A stretch of DNA of 63,175 nt, filler included, from Sphacelaria rigidula (lineage: Eukaryota): assembly GCA_964200075.2 (NCBI GenBank). It is 11 parts of 11 records of this genome, joined end to end, with 100 filler letters (N's around TTAATTAATTAA, not from the genome) between each part and the next. Parts side by side here need not be neighbours in the genome. Positions count along the whole stretch, not along the records: positions 23,012 to 28,663 come from CAXNAA020025540.1; positions 28,764 to 34,415 come from CAXNAA020025541.1; positions 34,516 to 40,167 come from CAXNAA020025542.1; 8 more parts are not named here. One strand, 5' to 3'. A program made the position numbers and the translations under genes. The notes beneath the pieces were generated by a model. The model was given only the letters and a program-made list of their open reading frames with translations, was not told the DNA's origin and did not search any database. The number at the start of each line of letters is the position of its first letter. Position 1 is the stretch's first letter. Shown in pieces: positions 24,882 through 38,247 of the stretch.

Positions 24882-25027
24882 TTAGGTCTACTGGTTCAGA
24901 AGCATTCATCATTATTTCATCAATACAAAATGTACCAACCATCGTCGGAGTGCTGGGGTGAAAACCTTCCTCTTCCGCATCATTCAGTGTGTATGAAGAA
25001 GGCGGGTTTGTTTCACCATATACTCCC

Positions 25028-26423
25028 GTACGCGAGGGGGCCCATATCGGGAAATCCATGAGCCACCCCCTCTTTCGCCGCACCAACCTCATTCTGGGGT
25101 TGGAAGAGGGGGGGCGGGTACCCAGTTTAATGAGGGGGGGTACCTCCCTGATCGCTGGATGATGGCGATAGTAGTTGCTGTACTGCACCGCACGTGTTTG
25201 CCGGTAACGCCGGCCTGCGCCGGGTGTACCGAAACGGTAGGTGGTACTGTAGGGGTAAGTCGAAGCAAGTAGAGAAAAACATGTCCGCAGAAGCAGGGAG
25301 TGAAGGTCAAAGCGCTGAGGGTACCGGCGCTGGAATTGTGCCGTAGATTCCAGAAGTCTTGCAAGGGGTGAACGTGAAGAGAGCACGCACGCCTGGCACC
25401 CGGGAGTTTGCATGGATCTGCCGTTGCGGGGATAACAATATCACGTTAATGACAATTCATGACTGCCGCTATCTCGATGTTGGATATTCTTTTTCGCAAC
25501 GCTACGGCCATACCATTCCCCTTCGCAACCTCTCCCTCTCTTGTGTCGCAGTGCAGTATCAATTGCGACATGTAAATATAGGCGTTGTACGAACACGGCT
25601 GTCTGCCCAAACGCGGGCCAAGTACGTGATTCTCTGCAATTCACTCATTGTGCACGTCTATAATATCAGAACATTTTCGTACGGGCTGGTAACACCACAC
25701 AGTCAACTTACGAGTACTGCATGTACGTTTCAGTTATTCAGTAGAGCTTTTTTCTTACACCATGCCCAACAGTGGAAAGCGACTATGTCGTGGGTACACA
25801 AAATTCGAGGGGAAGGGACTGCTAAAGCTCTCGCGATAAAAAAGGAAGGCATGCACCGCAGAAGGACGGGGGGGTACCAAACACAAATGAAAGAGAAAAA
25901 ACTCCTATGTTGACCGTCCTCCTGTGTGACCCCGGCTGGTGCGCCCACATATACCGAAAGGTGTTGACCGGCGCCCAGAATAGATGAGGTGACAACACAC
26001 ACAACACAACACAGTGGCAGTACAGAACTGTTCGTCGTACACCGCCCTCGTTAACATGGCGGCCGTATCACTGCAATAGTCCCAGGTCGGTAATAGCAAC
26101 CGGTCTTGCAAAAGCCAGCGGGACTCGGCATTCATTATCCAGTGATCACCGCGACACAAAAATCATTTTCCAGCCGGCAAAATTGCTCCCCGATCGCCAC
26201 AAGAACAACTGACACACCGAAACTCCTCGGCTTTGGGCTGCTCACGTTGGGGCAAACCTGGAGATATCTAAATGATCGTTCAATTCCGTATACTAGTGGA
26301 GGAATAGGAAGAACAGGGTTTTCCCGAAATTGATTTGGCATTTTCCTCATTCTCGACCGCGGGTAGGGGGGGGGGGGGAGGGGGTGGCTCATGGATTTCC
26401 CGATATGGGGCCCCTCGCCGTAC
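25028..26423. mobile_element. Putative 1.4-kb non-autonomous DNA transposon (~45-bp inverted termini) containing a SINE
   Basis: gtacg.cgagggg.cccatatcgggaaatccatgagccaccccct at 25028-25071 is mirrored at 26379-26423; TSD not clear. Confidence 0.5.
25749..26012 (+). mobile_element. SINE family 1, 5'-truncated
   Basis: Homologous to the body and tail of 48781-49142. Confidence 0.8.
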
Positions 26424-26860
26424 GCCCGAAGTGGGCAGGTATTGCCCCTGAAATGTTGGTGTTGTTGCAGAGTGCGATGGGAAAAATTGGCCGTTCCCCC
26501 TCCCCCCCCCTTCAATACACCGACAACCGCGCGTTTACACGTAAATAATACCCCAGTAAATATTGTCATCCTTGCTATGACATGGTTGATTCGCTCATCA
26601 AAAGCGCTCCCATGAATGAAGACAAACCTGACCTAAGTCTCTATCCCGAGAAGCGGCGGGCAACGAAAGCGCACATTGTGGTGCTGCTCCAGGCGAATCT
26701 GTGCATTGACATGCACCTTATTTCAGCTCAAGTGCGTGTTGCGCACGCACGCCGCTGACCATCACCTGGAGCGGCCGTCAGCCCCTCGAAACTACTGTAT
26801 CATACAGTATCAAGATCATAATGTGCCTTTTTATGATCAAGCCAGGTATACGTGAACCAA

Positions 26861-27175
26861 TCCTTCTGACGCGGTGAGGGTAGTCCATCTGGACAGCGAG
26901 AAGAGTAGGTCATGTGTGGAATCGGCATCAATTCAACTTGAAAAAAGTATGCGTGGTCCAGGAAGACTACCCTCGCGGTCTAAGGGTTAAGATTGATTTC
27001 AGTTGAAATTGATGATGCCGATTCCACGAATGACGTACTCTCGCCGTCGAAGGGTCAATTAAAATTAACCCTTGATCCGCGAGGGTAGGTCATTCAATTC
27101 GTGGAGTCGGGATGAATTTCACTTGAAAAAATTGTATGATGACGATGGACTACCCGCATCGCGATGTAAAGATTT
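26861..27175. mobile_element. Cluster of short piggyBac-like MITEs; related pieces at ~24400-24490, 27845-27990, 38915-38965 and 61870-61941
   Basis: TTAA|CCCTT...CCGCGAGGGTAG and CTACCCTCGCGGTCTAAGGG|TTAA termini; shared internal gaatcggcatca.tt..acttgaaaaa. Confidence 0.7.
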
Positions 27176-28193
27176 CCCTTGATATTCGGCGATGGGCTCG
27201 GATAGAATCTGGTGGGCATGATGGTGGGCACAACGCACAGGCACGACATAAAAGATGAAAAGAAGGGAGAGAGATGCACAGCCTTTTGCAAGGCCGTGCT
27301 TGGAGGAGGCAAGGAACGTGAGAACGCGCGCTGTGCGTGAGAGAATTATTCTCTCTCTTTTTTTTGTCTGTCTAAGTGATTGTGATGTTGTTGTGGACAA
27401 TCAATTCGAAGGACGAGATCGACTAAATGTCACGGGGCCTTGCATCTTTTCTTCCCTCGACATTAAAACAGGCCCTGAACCCCTCAAGTGGCTTGACACG
27501 CTGCGAGGCGTTGTGGGGTCTTATTGACAGCAGGAGCAACCGTCCAATCTGCAACTCCGTACTCTTTTCATGAACAAAGTCGCGCACATTTTGCGTCATT
27601 TGCTTACCCTACCTCCGAATAGGCCGCGCCGTGCATTTCTCATACAGAGAGTACTTGTCATGTCGGCTCAAATGTACGGCACCACCACAGCACCCAGTGG
27701 AACTTGAAACTCAGAACTTGGGTGGTCTACTCTTCAATTTCTGACTGTTGATCATGTTGTTATATCTCCGGGCTGCTGTTTCTCCTGTGAGACCGAACCG
27801 ACTCTAGTAGCTCCGATAGGGGTACCGTATGATGTGCTGATTTTTGTTTTTGTGAATCGGCATCATTTTCATCATTTTTCAAGTCAAAATGATTGATGCC
27901 AAGTAAAAATGATGCCGATTCAGGAATATTCACAAAACAAAGAGTAGCACTTGAGTTCCCAAAAGGTTACCCCTTCGACCGCGAGGTTTGGTCACGGCCG
28001 GCGTATATCTGCCTGTATAGGTGGATTCGCAGAACATGCCAGTACCCTAGAACCAATTCCACAACACGTTTGAGCAGACCCGCCAGTCTAAGAACGAACA
28101 CATTTTTGAATTCGCCCGCCACCCTAAGTAGAGACTAAGCATCATACAAACAGACCACCACATGTACACGCACAGTACTACAAGCCACGAACA

Positions 28194-28195
<2 letters not shown>

Positions 28196-28250
<55 letters not shown>
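28196..28250. repeat. (GA)n microsatellite
   Basis: Direct run. Confidence 0.95.
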
Positions 28251-28252
<2 letters not shown>

Positions 28253-28763
28253 GAACCTCACCAGCAGCCTTTCAACTCATCGTACACGCTTGGCAGGCAG
28301 GCAATCCACCTGCTTTTGTGTGTACAGATGGGTTGTTGTTGATGAATACTCCTCAGACAGCCAGTACAGCAGCACTATTATACTACCGCAAACATTGTTC
28401 GCAATACAGACCAAAACGCATACATACGGTGGATACTGACTGTAATGTATTGCGATGACTCCAGCGTGTATTGTTCATGAAGCCCTGCACAAATCAAATT
28501 TCACTGTCTGCGCGTATTACGATAAAATAACTCGCACTGCTCTTCTTTTTGTTATTATTATATTCTTATTATTATATTATTATTATATCCATCACATTCG
28601 CTCGATCTCTCGAACCCGTGGACCCAGAGTGCACGGAGCTTACCACCAATATACCCATAACCCNNNNNNNNNNNNNNNNNNNNNNNNNNNNNNNNNNNNN
28701 NNNNNNNTTAATTAATTAANNNNNNNNNNNNNNNNNNNNNNNNNNNNNNNNNNNNNNNNNNNN

Positions 28764-28836
28764 TGGATGAGATAAGGGGCTCCTAACAATTCTAATCTCA
28801 GAAATTATTTCTGCACCCCTACCGTAGCATCACTCC
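28764..28836. mobile_element. Right end of the Sola-like MITE family seen at 45389-45646
   Basis: ggat.agataa.ggg.tcctaacaattcta...ccta.cg.agcatcactc matches 45575-45646. Confidence 0.65.
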
Positions 28837-31197
28837 TGAGTTGTCCTCAAAAAGAGTTGAAAAAAACAAACGACCTACCGTATGGGAATCGGGCCACGAC
28901 GAAACGAATGAACGGAAGGCGGTACAACCAAGAACACGTTTTCCCCGACGTTCCTGGGGTTGCATAATCACGGTCCCCAGACAACATCCGCCAAATATCA
29001 TGTCCCACGATCAGATCCTGTTCCTGTGGAGGGGTGTTAGGCGGTACTATAAGTGAACGGCAATGTTATTCCATTTGACACCCGTCAGATCTAACCCAAA
29101 CACGGACCTGAACACAGTCAAGGTAGCCCATAAGCACTGCCCTGTAGTCAGGAATACGCCGTGACCGCTCACGTGTGGAGCTCAAAGACGCTACACGCGT
29201 GATGACACACTAGTTTCAATTTGTATCCGTCCGCACGCATAACGGTCGCTTTCGGAACCAATAGAGCTAGGAACCGTTGTTTGGCCACACCAGAGAACAG
29301 CAACCAGACAACAAGTGGATCGTTCCAGCAAGAAAGGAGTTCTTGATCGAACCTCAAGACAACGGTTGAGGAGGCATAAAATTTGACTTGCCAAGCACGA
29401 AGTCTTTACGAGTACACAACAACACGCGACCATCCGCTCGGTAGCAAGCGGATGGAAAAAAAATGAGAAAAAAAAGGGGAGAGGAGGGGATATCACCTTC
29501 GACCGCTTGGTATGGCCACAGGGAGGCACAAAGCACAAAAAGAGACAGAAAAAGCGCAACACGCCACGATCACTTCGCCGAGACAAGACGCCGAACGGCT
29601 AAGCTGGCAACGCGGTATAGTTTGAAAGACGAACACACCACAACCCCGTCAATCTTGCGGCGTGACAAAGCATCGATTCTCCGCACACGTACAAGGCAGT
29701 CATAATCCAGCAGATTCCAGTAAAACGAACACATGGCTGTAAATAGACACAGCACCACCTTGCTACACACTTAAGCCGAAACACAAAACAAGAATACCCG
29801 ACCGGATTCCCTCATTTGGTCGCAAAGAAGCACATGCCATCTAAACACTCGGTCGCCGCCAGTTGAAGCTCCTCCGCATCTCTCTCGTCGAACCCTGCGA
29901 AACCACACACCCCGCCACCGACAAAGACACCCCGCGACGACAGTAAACACCCCGCAGCAGAAGCCAACAGCCCGTCCAGCCGCGCACGCCGCATCCCACC
30001 CCGCCCCACAAGTGATTCATAGATAACGACGCAAAAAACATTTAGCGCATGACCGTATCGTCACAGGAACGACGAAGGACGCGAGACGTGACATAGCAGA
30101 GGTCACGACAAAGAAGAACGAGAGAACAAGATTTGGGGAGAGGGTAGGGGAAGAATATGGAGACGTCAGCAGTGCAGTATAGTTTTTGTTGTACAACAAA
30201 GAGAATGTATGTCGAGGAAACGTGTAGGAGGGAAAAAAAAAAAAAACGAGAAAAATAGATATTCTTCGTCCGCAGTCTGCCTGTCTCAAGTCCTCCGTGG
30301 AATTACTTCGACACATGTTGTAGCTTTGGAAAAAGTCTCTTCCACGAGATTGTCATCACCATCAGCTGTATGTTTTTTTTCTTGTTGTCAAATGATCGAG
30401 AAGAAAACGAACGACAACAACAAAAAACACCGGAAAACATTGGGCAAGCCCGCGTGCGGCGTGATGGTATAACGACCATAGACATCGGCAGCAGAGCATC
30501 AAAGGTACAGTACGCCTGGGCAAACTAGACTTGCACCCTGCCTCATTTGGTCCCCACGCCGTGTTAGTGCTGCATCAACGCAGTGTTGGCGCTGTCTTCT
30601 TTTATTTTACGGTGGTGCCAAATCAATCACATCAGCAAAAGGGGGAGCCATCAGGCAGAGCCAGCGACCAAAAACTGGCGGTTGTCTTTTATTTTATTTT
30701 TCATTCCTTTTTACAGGAAACGCGTGGCGAGGAGAGAACATGCACCTGGACAAGAACTATCCAAGCAAATTCCACAGGGAGAGGCAAAAAAAAAACACGG
30801 ATGTAACGGCGTCGTAATGTTCGAACGACCTGGGTTCTTCCGGGGGGTAAAAAAACTACTCGGTTCTCTGCTGCACAAAAACTCTGCAGACATTGGCGTG
30901 TTCATTCATCATCCTTTAGCTTCCGAGTTCGGTAAACACTGCCAAACCCCCGAGGGCGGCTGACGCCTCCGCAGACACAACCCGTCCAACTTACCCACAC
31001 CAACAAACAGCTGGGGGGTCAGGTGAACTGAGAGTACTCGACGAATGCAAATACACGGCCATGGCGGAGGCCTCCACTCCTACCCATCACTTCTATCCAC
31101 GGCCAGCCGCAGCGTTCTCGTAGGCACAAGCCGCCAGCAACTACTGCACACAAACTGGAACGAACATGGGTTCCGTTGGTACATCTCTCCGGCATAC

Positions 31198-31432
31198 TTT
31201 TTTTTTCCCCCTTGAAGGAAGGAGGGAACCTCGCCCAACACTTACCCCGCGAGCGTGTTCGTGTGCCGATTACTCTGAGGCTCGGCTAGACCACCTCGCG
31301 GCAGTCATGTGGGGTAGGAGCCTCGAACGTTCGGAAAGCTTTGCCCAAGGCAATGTCGGAGTTCAACCCACTAAAACCCCTTCTCAACTTGGCGCAGTGC
31401 ACGCGCTGCCCTACTCTTCTGAGCTCCCGTCC
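31198..31432 (-). mobile_element. tRNA-derived SINE family 2
   Basis: Reverse-complement homology to 20170-20399 and 34010-34242. Confidence 0.75.
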
Positions 31433-32133
31433 TAGCTCTCCGGTATACTGTACTCTACTGCACTCTTCGCTGCTGTATGACGATCAAGCCCCATGTTAAG
31501 GTATTGCTGCCCTGGCTTCGACTTTGCAGTGGCGTTTGCAGGTGACATCGTTATCTACAGGTAGGCATATCTGTAATTACTCTCCTGTGCGATACGGTGC
31601 GTGGGGGTGCTGTACTGTGCTTCACCACTGTACTGTGCTGTTGTAGTACTCACAGTGAGCATTCGGGTACCTGTGGTATCAACTTTTCAAGACTCATTTG
31701 AGTGTGCGTGGTTGATTTTGATCACGTACGTCACCCTCTACATACACACTAACGACCAGCCAGCAGAGCACGCCTTTGGTCGTTGATGACGGTGGAATCC
31801 GAAAGGGCTCATGAACTGACGATGCGCAATTCCCAATTTCCATCCGTCAGGCCCAAGCCCAATCGTGTTCGAATTATGTACTTCCATGTTCAAAATTCTA
31901 GCGGATTGGAAAAAAGATGAACCTTGGAAGGAACGCACTGCAGCACCTCCCTCGCAGCATAGTTGACGCTCCCCTTACTTCTACTCATCAATCAGTGCGA
32001 ACAATGTATTCGAGGTACATACGTATGTTCGTTACCTCAGGCGGCACGGCTTGTTCATCGGAGGGGACGGGTGGGGGGGGGGGGGGGGGGCGACTCCTGA
32101 CTCAGGATGGCGTCGGGCGAAGATGNNNNNNNN

Positions 32134-32495
32134 GTGGGGGGGGGCGGGGGGGGGGGGGGGGGGGGGGGGGGGGGTGGGGGGGGGGGGGGGGGGGGCACTC
32201 ATCATCATGCATGCCGTCGTCGTAAGACCATTGACCTCGCATTCCTACAATGCCGGGACGGAGCACGCCGGGTTTCGTCGGACCAGGCTCACAATCAATC
32301 ACCAAGGGCGAAGCGCCGTGATGTGCTCGGCGAGTCGCATGAAGGGTGAGCTGCATCCTGCGAAGATTGTTTGACCAGAAGCATACTGTCTAGCTTGAAT
32401 ATGGATGACAGCCTCGAATGAGTTGCTTTATGCTCTGGATTCGCCACTTCCAGAGACAGCCACGGGTTACACACTACCTCATGGGTGTCTCACCA
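32134..32495 (-). mobile_element. Poly(C)-ended SINE-like element, near full length (~300 bp) plus a long poly(C) tract
   Basis: G-tract 32134-32195, then a body collinear with 16490-16785; both copies end at gtctcacca. Confidence 0.85.
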
Positions 32496-33033
32496 TTGAA
32501 AAATAGTGGGGGTGGCGATGACTTCGGGATAGTGGTTTCCTGCGTTCGGACAATACCAACCAAGGACACGCCAATGCCACGCATATGCCGCATGCCATGA
32601 TCCTCCGCTCATAAGCCACGGCCAATACAGCACATCGGCCCTCACAGAACGGCAAAAGCAGTAGTAGTTATCGCGTCGGCATAACACGGTAGCTACGCAT
32701 GTACCGTATGCATGGAATAAAATAAAGGAGGAAATAATCAACTTCTCTCCTGGATCAACCATGACAATAAAAGGCCGCTCCGTGCCTCCTGGCCAAGCTT
32801 CCTAGGTTCGTGCAGCTCGTCGTAAAAACCGCATGTACAGGTCATATTCCAAATACCCACGGGACTGTCATACCCCACAAAACTCGCGGGGCTGCCAGCG
32901 GACGAAACAAAACTCGGTGACATACGTGCGAGGCGTTCGAATTTTCACAATGGCGAGCCCGAGAAAATTAATCGACGTGCTACTAATCATGGGAACAACA
33001 CTCTCACGCTTGCCGCACTATCGGCAAGAGTCG

Positions 33034-33067
<34 letters not shown>

Positions 33068-33630
33068 TCTAGGGCGCAGTCCGACCTACGTTGCCTATCA
33101 AACGGTAAGCATGCGGAACGTTGGCGTCAACATCAAGTTTAAAAATATCAGAACGTGTTTCCTGTGTTCCATCTCTGGAGAGCACGTTCTTCACGTTCCC
33201 AGAGTTTCGTATTTCCCATCCCCTAGATTACATGAACAAGGATTATTTTCTACGACCAGCGACTTGCTAGCTGTCCTGGCCCCCGACGAAAGACTCTCTC
33301 TCTCTAGGACTGCAGTATGCAGTATCGACCTGTGTGTACGCCACATACATCCACGAACCTAGATGCCAATTGTTGAGAAATGCTAAAAAAAAAACACACA
33401 CACACACACACTCGAAAAAAAAGGCGATGATTTTTTTGGTATAATTCAATAATAGTTTTGGGTAAGAACAATAAAGACGCAAGAACGCCTGCCTTCGTCC
33501 ACATATGACAAAACAGGAACAAAAAAAGCAAAAAACAAAAGTGGTCCGATGCACGCCCTTTTCAGCCAAAACGGGGTCGTGGCTAAACACAGGTACAAGC
33601 TCTGCCCCCGCCCCCCCAAAAAAGACTCAC

Positions 33631-33814
33631 CCTGCGTTCGCTTCCTCTTCGAGCCGGCCATATGCGATCCGCGTTCTTCGTTCTTGGTTACCCAAAAGTC
33701 CTCGGTCTTCTTCGCTGCCAGCGCGAGCAACCTTGACATGGAGCCTTGACACACCACCGCCATCAGAGTGCCCTCCTCGAGGCTGTCGTACAGACGAGAC
33801 AGAGCACTGTCCAC
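33631..33814 (-). CDS. Host exon resembling the C-terminal region of REXO/Rnh70/SDN-type RNA exonucleases
   Basis: Acceptor ctaaaccag, donor gtgagt; VDSALSRLYDSLEEGTLMAVVCQGSMSRL resembles the L..LY..LP..T..IV..G.G motif, recalled from memory and not searched. Confidence 0.5.
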
Positions 33815-34009
33815 CTGGTTTAGTTGGGTGTTTGTTGGGGTGTACAGTAGTGCGTTTGTTTCGGTATCAGGACCGGAGGGGGGGAAGGACGGCATTCAAA
33901 AAAGGATCACAGACTCTTTGTTGGATTGATGTTATATGGGAAAATTTTCGTGGGGTGAGTTTGTTGACACGGGCTTGGATATTCTCTAATGCATGTGTTC
34001 ATTGTCCTA

Positions 34010-34242
34010 GGGCTGAGGCTCATGATAGTAGGGCGGCGAGTGCACTGCGCCAAGTTGACGGAGGGCTTTGATGGGTTCAACTCCCACAGTGCCTTGGGCA
34101 AAGCTTTCCGAGCGCTCGAGGTATCTACCCCACATGACTGCCGCGAGGTGGTCAAACCGAGACTCCGGATAATCGTCACACGAACCCGTTCGCGGGGTAA
34201 GTGTTGGGTGAGGTTTCTTCCTTCCTTCAAAGTAAAAAAAAA
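34010..34242 (+). mobile_element. tRNA-derived SINE family 2
   Basis: tRNA-like start GGGCTGAGGCTCA; B box GGGTTCAACTCCC at 34073-34085; A-tail. Confidence 0.75.
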
Positions 34243-37200
34243 GGTGTCGTTGGCGTTTCACTTCTGTACAAAAAAAAGTGAGCGTCTAGTCTAGAGAAGG
34301 GTATACTTCCTCACTTTTGCCTTGAACCGGTACATATTTCAATTCTTGTGTACATTTCACGGTTAGGACTAATCATCACGACTCAAAATCACCAAATTCA
34401 CGATTTCTTCGGCCTNNNNNNNNNNNNNNNNNNNNNNNNNNNNNNNNNNNNNNNNNNNNTTAATTAATTAANNNNNNNNNNNNNNNNNNNNNNNNNNNNN
34501 NNNNNNNNNNNNNNNCAACCCCTCGAACTCTAAATTCATAGCCCCCTCCCAAAGGTCAGCATGTGCAGAGGCGCGGGCTTCGGCAATCGTTGTGGGCTCT
34601 GGCTCTTTGGCATGTTCGGCAGGTATCTCGTTCGGCTTCTTCTTCAATGCTCTCTGCTCAGCAATCAGCGCACGCAAGGTTTGGTCCCCGGTGATGGGCC
34701 CAAGCGAAGTTAGCAAACCGATCCCTTCTTGCTGGTTCAGCGCCCGCGTTTGTGCTCGCGTCCTGCCCTCCCTGCATTCTTCATCGTCATGTGGACCCAC
34801 GTTGTACGCCTCGAGCTGTATCAGCGCGTTGCGTGTTTGCACTGGCACATCATTTCCGTCAGGAATGGCGTCGCTACTGTTGCTGGAGGACGATGCAGGT
34901 GTTGATGATGTGCTGCTGCGAGATGATGGTGACGTAGACGCTGATCGGTCGTCGAGAGATGGCGAGGGCGATGTCGATGACGAATCGCCGCTGGATGCTG
35001 ATGCTGATGCTAATGGAGCGTCCAGCGGTAGTGGATATTCCGCCGCCTCCGCTGGTTATTGACTGTCCTCCACCCCCTGGGCCGGTAGCCGCACGTGGGG
35101 AATCCCTCTTCCTGTCAGCGGCCACACTTCTGCCAACTCATTTTTGCAGGGTTCATCCCCCCCTCCCGATTCCGCTGCCGTCAGTGTTTGCGGGGGCGGG
35201 AGAGACTGCGGCGATGCTTCCGACGTGATGTCTCGGGTCTCGACAACTTGCCCTCCCCGCGTTAGCACACGGTAAGAGTCGCGCGGATACTCGCGCGAAG
35301 GCCCGAGATAGAAGCAACTCTGCCCCTTAGGAAGCAGCTTGGATGGCCGCTTCCATCGGCAGTAGGCTGACCTGAGAAAGGGATGTGGACTGGCCGGCAT
35401 AGCCGTCCCGAACCACATTTCGTTCGGTGATTTGTTGTCCGGGTTGGAGGTCGAAGCAGTGTAGTTGAGCTGTTCACATGCCGAATGCATTGCCTCGGCC
35501 CACAGCATTTCGGTCTTCGGCAGCTGAACATGACCGAACAATGTCTTCGCCTGAATCCTTGCCACCATTCCCGTCGCTTCAATGATTCCGAAAGCGCGCT
35601 CTGCAACGCCGTTGAACTGGGGACTATTGGCGGGGGTAAATTCCTGCTTAATCAACAGATTATCACATACTGTTCTGAAATTATCCCCGAAAAACTCTCC
35701 TCCGTTGTCAGATCTTACTATCTGTACTATTGAAGGAAATCCGTCCGCTCGCACATCTGCGAGGAAACGGTTGAAAGCCTGATCAGAATCAGCCTTACGT
35801 TTCAAGAAATACAGCCAGGATTCTCTGCTGGAATCGTCCTTGATGATCATTGGGTAGTGTTTTCCCCCGTACAGATGCAATTTCTTTTCTGCCTCCTAGG
35901 TCTACGAAAACGCTACCGAGCTTGGTTTGAGCTCTATTTTTAGTCTGATGAGGTATACCTTTTCTGTATCCCTTTACCATCGAGCACGCAGTACATGCAT
36001 GCATTTCCCCTTCAAGTGTAGTATCTAAATGTCTAGCAGTATGCCTCAGCAGCTGCTCATGAGCATAACCATAGATACAGGGAAACAGGTTAATATCCAT
36101 CATTTTTACAGGGGAGGGCTCGAGGGCATCATTGCTGGTAATGCGGAAGCATCAAATTGCTCCCCAACTCGATATGCTGTGGCCACCAACATACCGTCCT
36201 GGTTCGCAAACGTTACACGTCCGTTGAATGCAGGCATTATACCATCTGGACCTTCCAACCGGTCCCAACTTTCCCCATCAAATTCCGCACGGGGTGACAA
36301 CAGGTTGTGTCCTAGATTAGGAGCATAAAGTACGTTTTTCAACTCTGCTACATGCTCGTTCTCCTCTGTCATAAACACTACTGTCACATTACCCTTCAGC
36401 GAAACGTCACACGTCACGCCGCCTATGCCACCAACACTAGAAGATACTTGTGTAAGATCTCTCATGTATCGCAATGAATCTGTCAGATGATAGGGAGCAT
36501 CAGTAACACCGTACCACTCTTCACAGAAGGGCCTAGAAACAGCAGCAGCCAACGATTTCAAGCGTGAAAGCTCACCACTGTCTTTCTTCGACTCTGCTTC
36601 GCCTTCCTGATCCGGAGCCCTAATTACGCGAGCTTTGCAGTCCCGTATCCTGTGTGGAAGACCACACCGAAAGCACTCCAGTGGCTTCTTGCCTACGTTT
36701 TCAGCTTTCGCGGAACTACTCCTATCAGTATCAGGTTTTGGCTTCCTAGCTTTACCCTTATTTCCACCCCCCCTGGCTTTCGCAACTAGATCTTGCCCTG
36801 TCGATTTGGCAATTTTGCCCTGAACAGAGAAGCTTAGGTGGGCATTTCGCACGTGGCGTTCTATCGCTTCTCGATCACGCATTACAACGCGGAAAATGAA
36901 TGCTCATAACACTTCTGACCATTTCGTATTCACTCGTTAGTCCACGCAACATGAGGGAACAAACAGTTCTCTCGTCCTTCTCTACCCCTAGCATAAGTAG
37001 AACGCTCAAAACTTCCGCGAGCTGTGAAAAAAATACGTGCGGATCTTCCCCTTGTTGCATCTTCAACCCGTTGAGCTTGTGCTCATAGGGGTTGATATCT
37101 GCGTCGGTAAGGGGCAAAAAGTGATCATTTATTACACGCCACGCTTTACTGGGGGATTTCGCGTTGCTGATCATTGCTCTTACACTTTTGCATGTTATAC

Positions 37201-37554
37201 AATCGTCCAGATGCCACCAAGCAGCCTGTGCTCGCTTGATTTGGCTTACCGTAAAGCCTTGCTCAACCAAGGGTGCTAAACCTATTCCAATACCAGCAAC
37301 TGAAATATCGTCGGTAGTGATGTACGCTTCATGCAATCCACATTGCCTGGCATATATAGAAAGACGCTCTTTCCATTATGGGAATTCAGTCGCAGTCCCA
37401 TCGAATTTCAAACCAGCAGGTAATCGAATACCTCTAATTCCGAAAGACGACACGCCACCTGTGCTTGCATTATCACCACCACCGAAACCCGATCCAAACA
37501 CCTCTACATTTTTCCACCATTCGGCAGTACCTACCGCTGGCGGGCGTGAAAAGT

Positions 37555-37660
37555 CCAAGCCTGGAATACCTGCTGACCTCTCCGGAAGACCCAGGCCTGG
37601 AATACCTGCTGCTGATCTCCCCGGAAGACCCAGGCCTTGAATACCTGCTGATCTCCCTTG
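37555..37660. repeat. Coding tandem repeat in copia gag (3 x ~36-39 bp, AGIPGLGLPGRS)
   Basis: cc(a/t)ggaatacctgctg..ctcc repeated three times. Confidence 0.8.
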
Positions 37661-38056
37661 AAGAGCTGGGGCTGCGGTTTGCAACGCCGCTGCTGCTCTT
37701 CTGTCGGTGACACTTTCATGTCGTCCGACGTACTCCGTACTGGATGCTCCCGGCGCGCCATCTCCGACAGAGGACTCCCCGCGGCCTGCATCCAGGCCGC
37801 TGTTCCCCCCTGGACCCACCAGGCTGCGTTCAAGTAGGCTCCCCAGCTTTTGTATCTCCGTCTTCAGGTCTTGGTTGTGACGGACAATTTCGTCGTTCTC
37901 TCTACGAACGTGAGCCAGGCCTCGTTCTTGTGTAGCGGGAGAGCTACTCCCATCTGCTTCGCTCCCGGGCAGAGACATCTTTTCTACAGTCGATCAATCT
38001 GTAGCATCAGCTGGTAGCGCTAGCCTGTCCAGAGATCGCTGCCTGCCCCGGTAGCT

Positions 38057-38247
38057 TGTTCACAATGAATGAAGAAGAAATAATTTATTGTCGGGAAACA
38101 AAAGAGAGTGACCCTCGAGGGGATCAACAGCTCCCACCTACAATGCCGAGAACCACACATCAAGCCAATCTCCCGCGGGTCATATAAATGTCCCGCGGGA
38201 TCAGTCTACAGTATCTCCCGCGGGCCATATAAATGTCCCGTGTTACA
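38057..38247 (-). repeat. Putative 5' LTR (191 bp, TGTAAC...GAACA) with an internal 46-bp duplication
   Basis: TG...CA ends; cgggacatttatatg.cccgcgggagat occurs twice; AATAAA near the 3' end; lies just upstream of gag; no second LTR in the contig to confirm. Confidence 0.65.

Larger units (their letters stand above)
34516..38247 (-). mobile_element. Decayed Ty1/copia element: 5' LTR, gag, CCHC knuckle, protease, integrase and the region preceding RT; cut off by the contig end
   Basis: ORFs 37376-37978 and 36875-37336 (gag); 36106-36882 (CFRCGLPHRIRDC, VLYAPNLGHNLLS); 35795-36103 (H...CTAC); 35056-35880 (VRSDNGGEF, PQFNGVAER, LWAEAM); 34516-34848 (EPTTIAEA...WEGAMNLE). Confidence 0.94.

Noticed and set aside
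32738..32923. Terminal exon of the REXO-like gene (EARSGLLL)
   Set aside because: No acceptor site in the required phase found; an alternative candidate near 31020-31143 is equally unsupported
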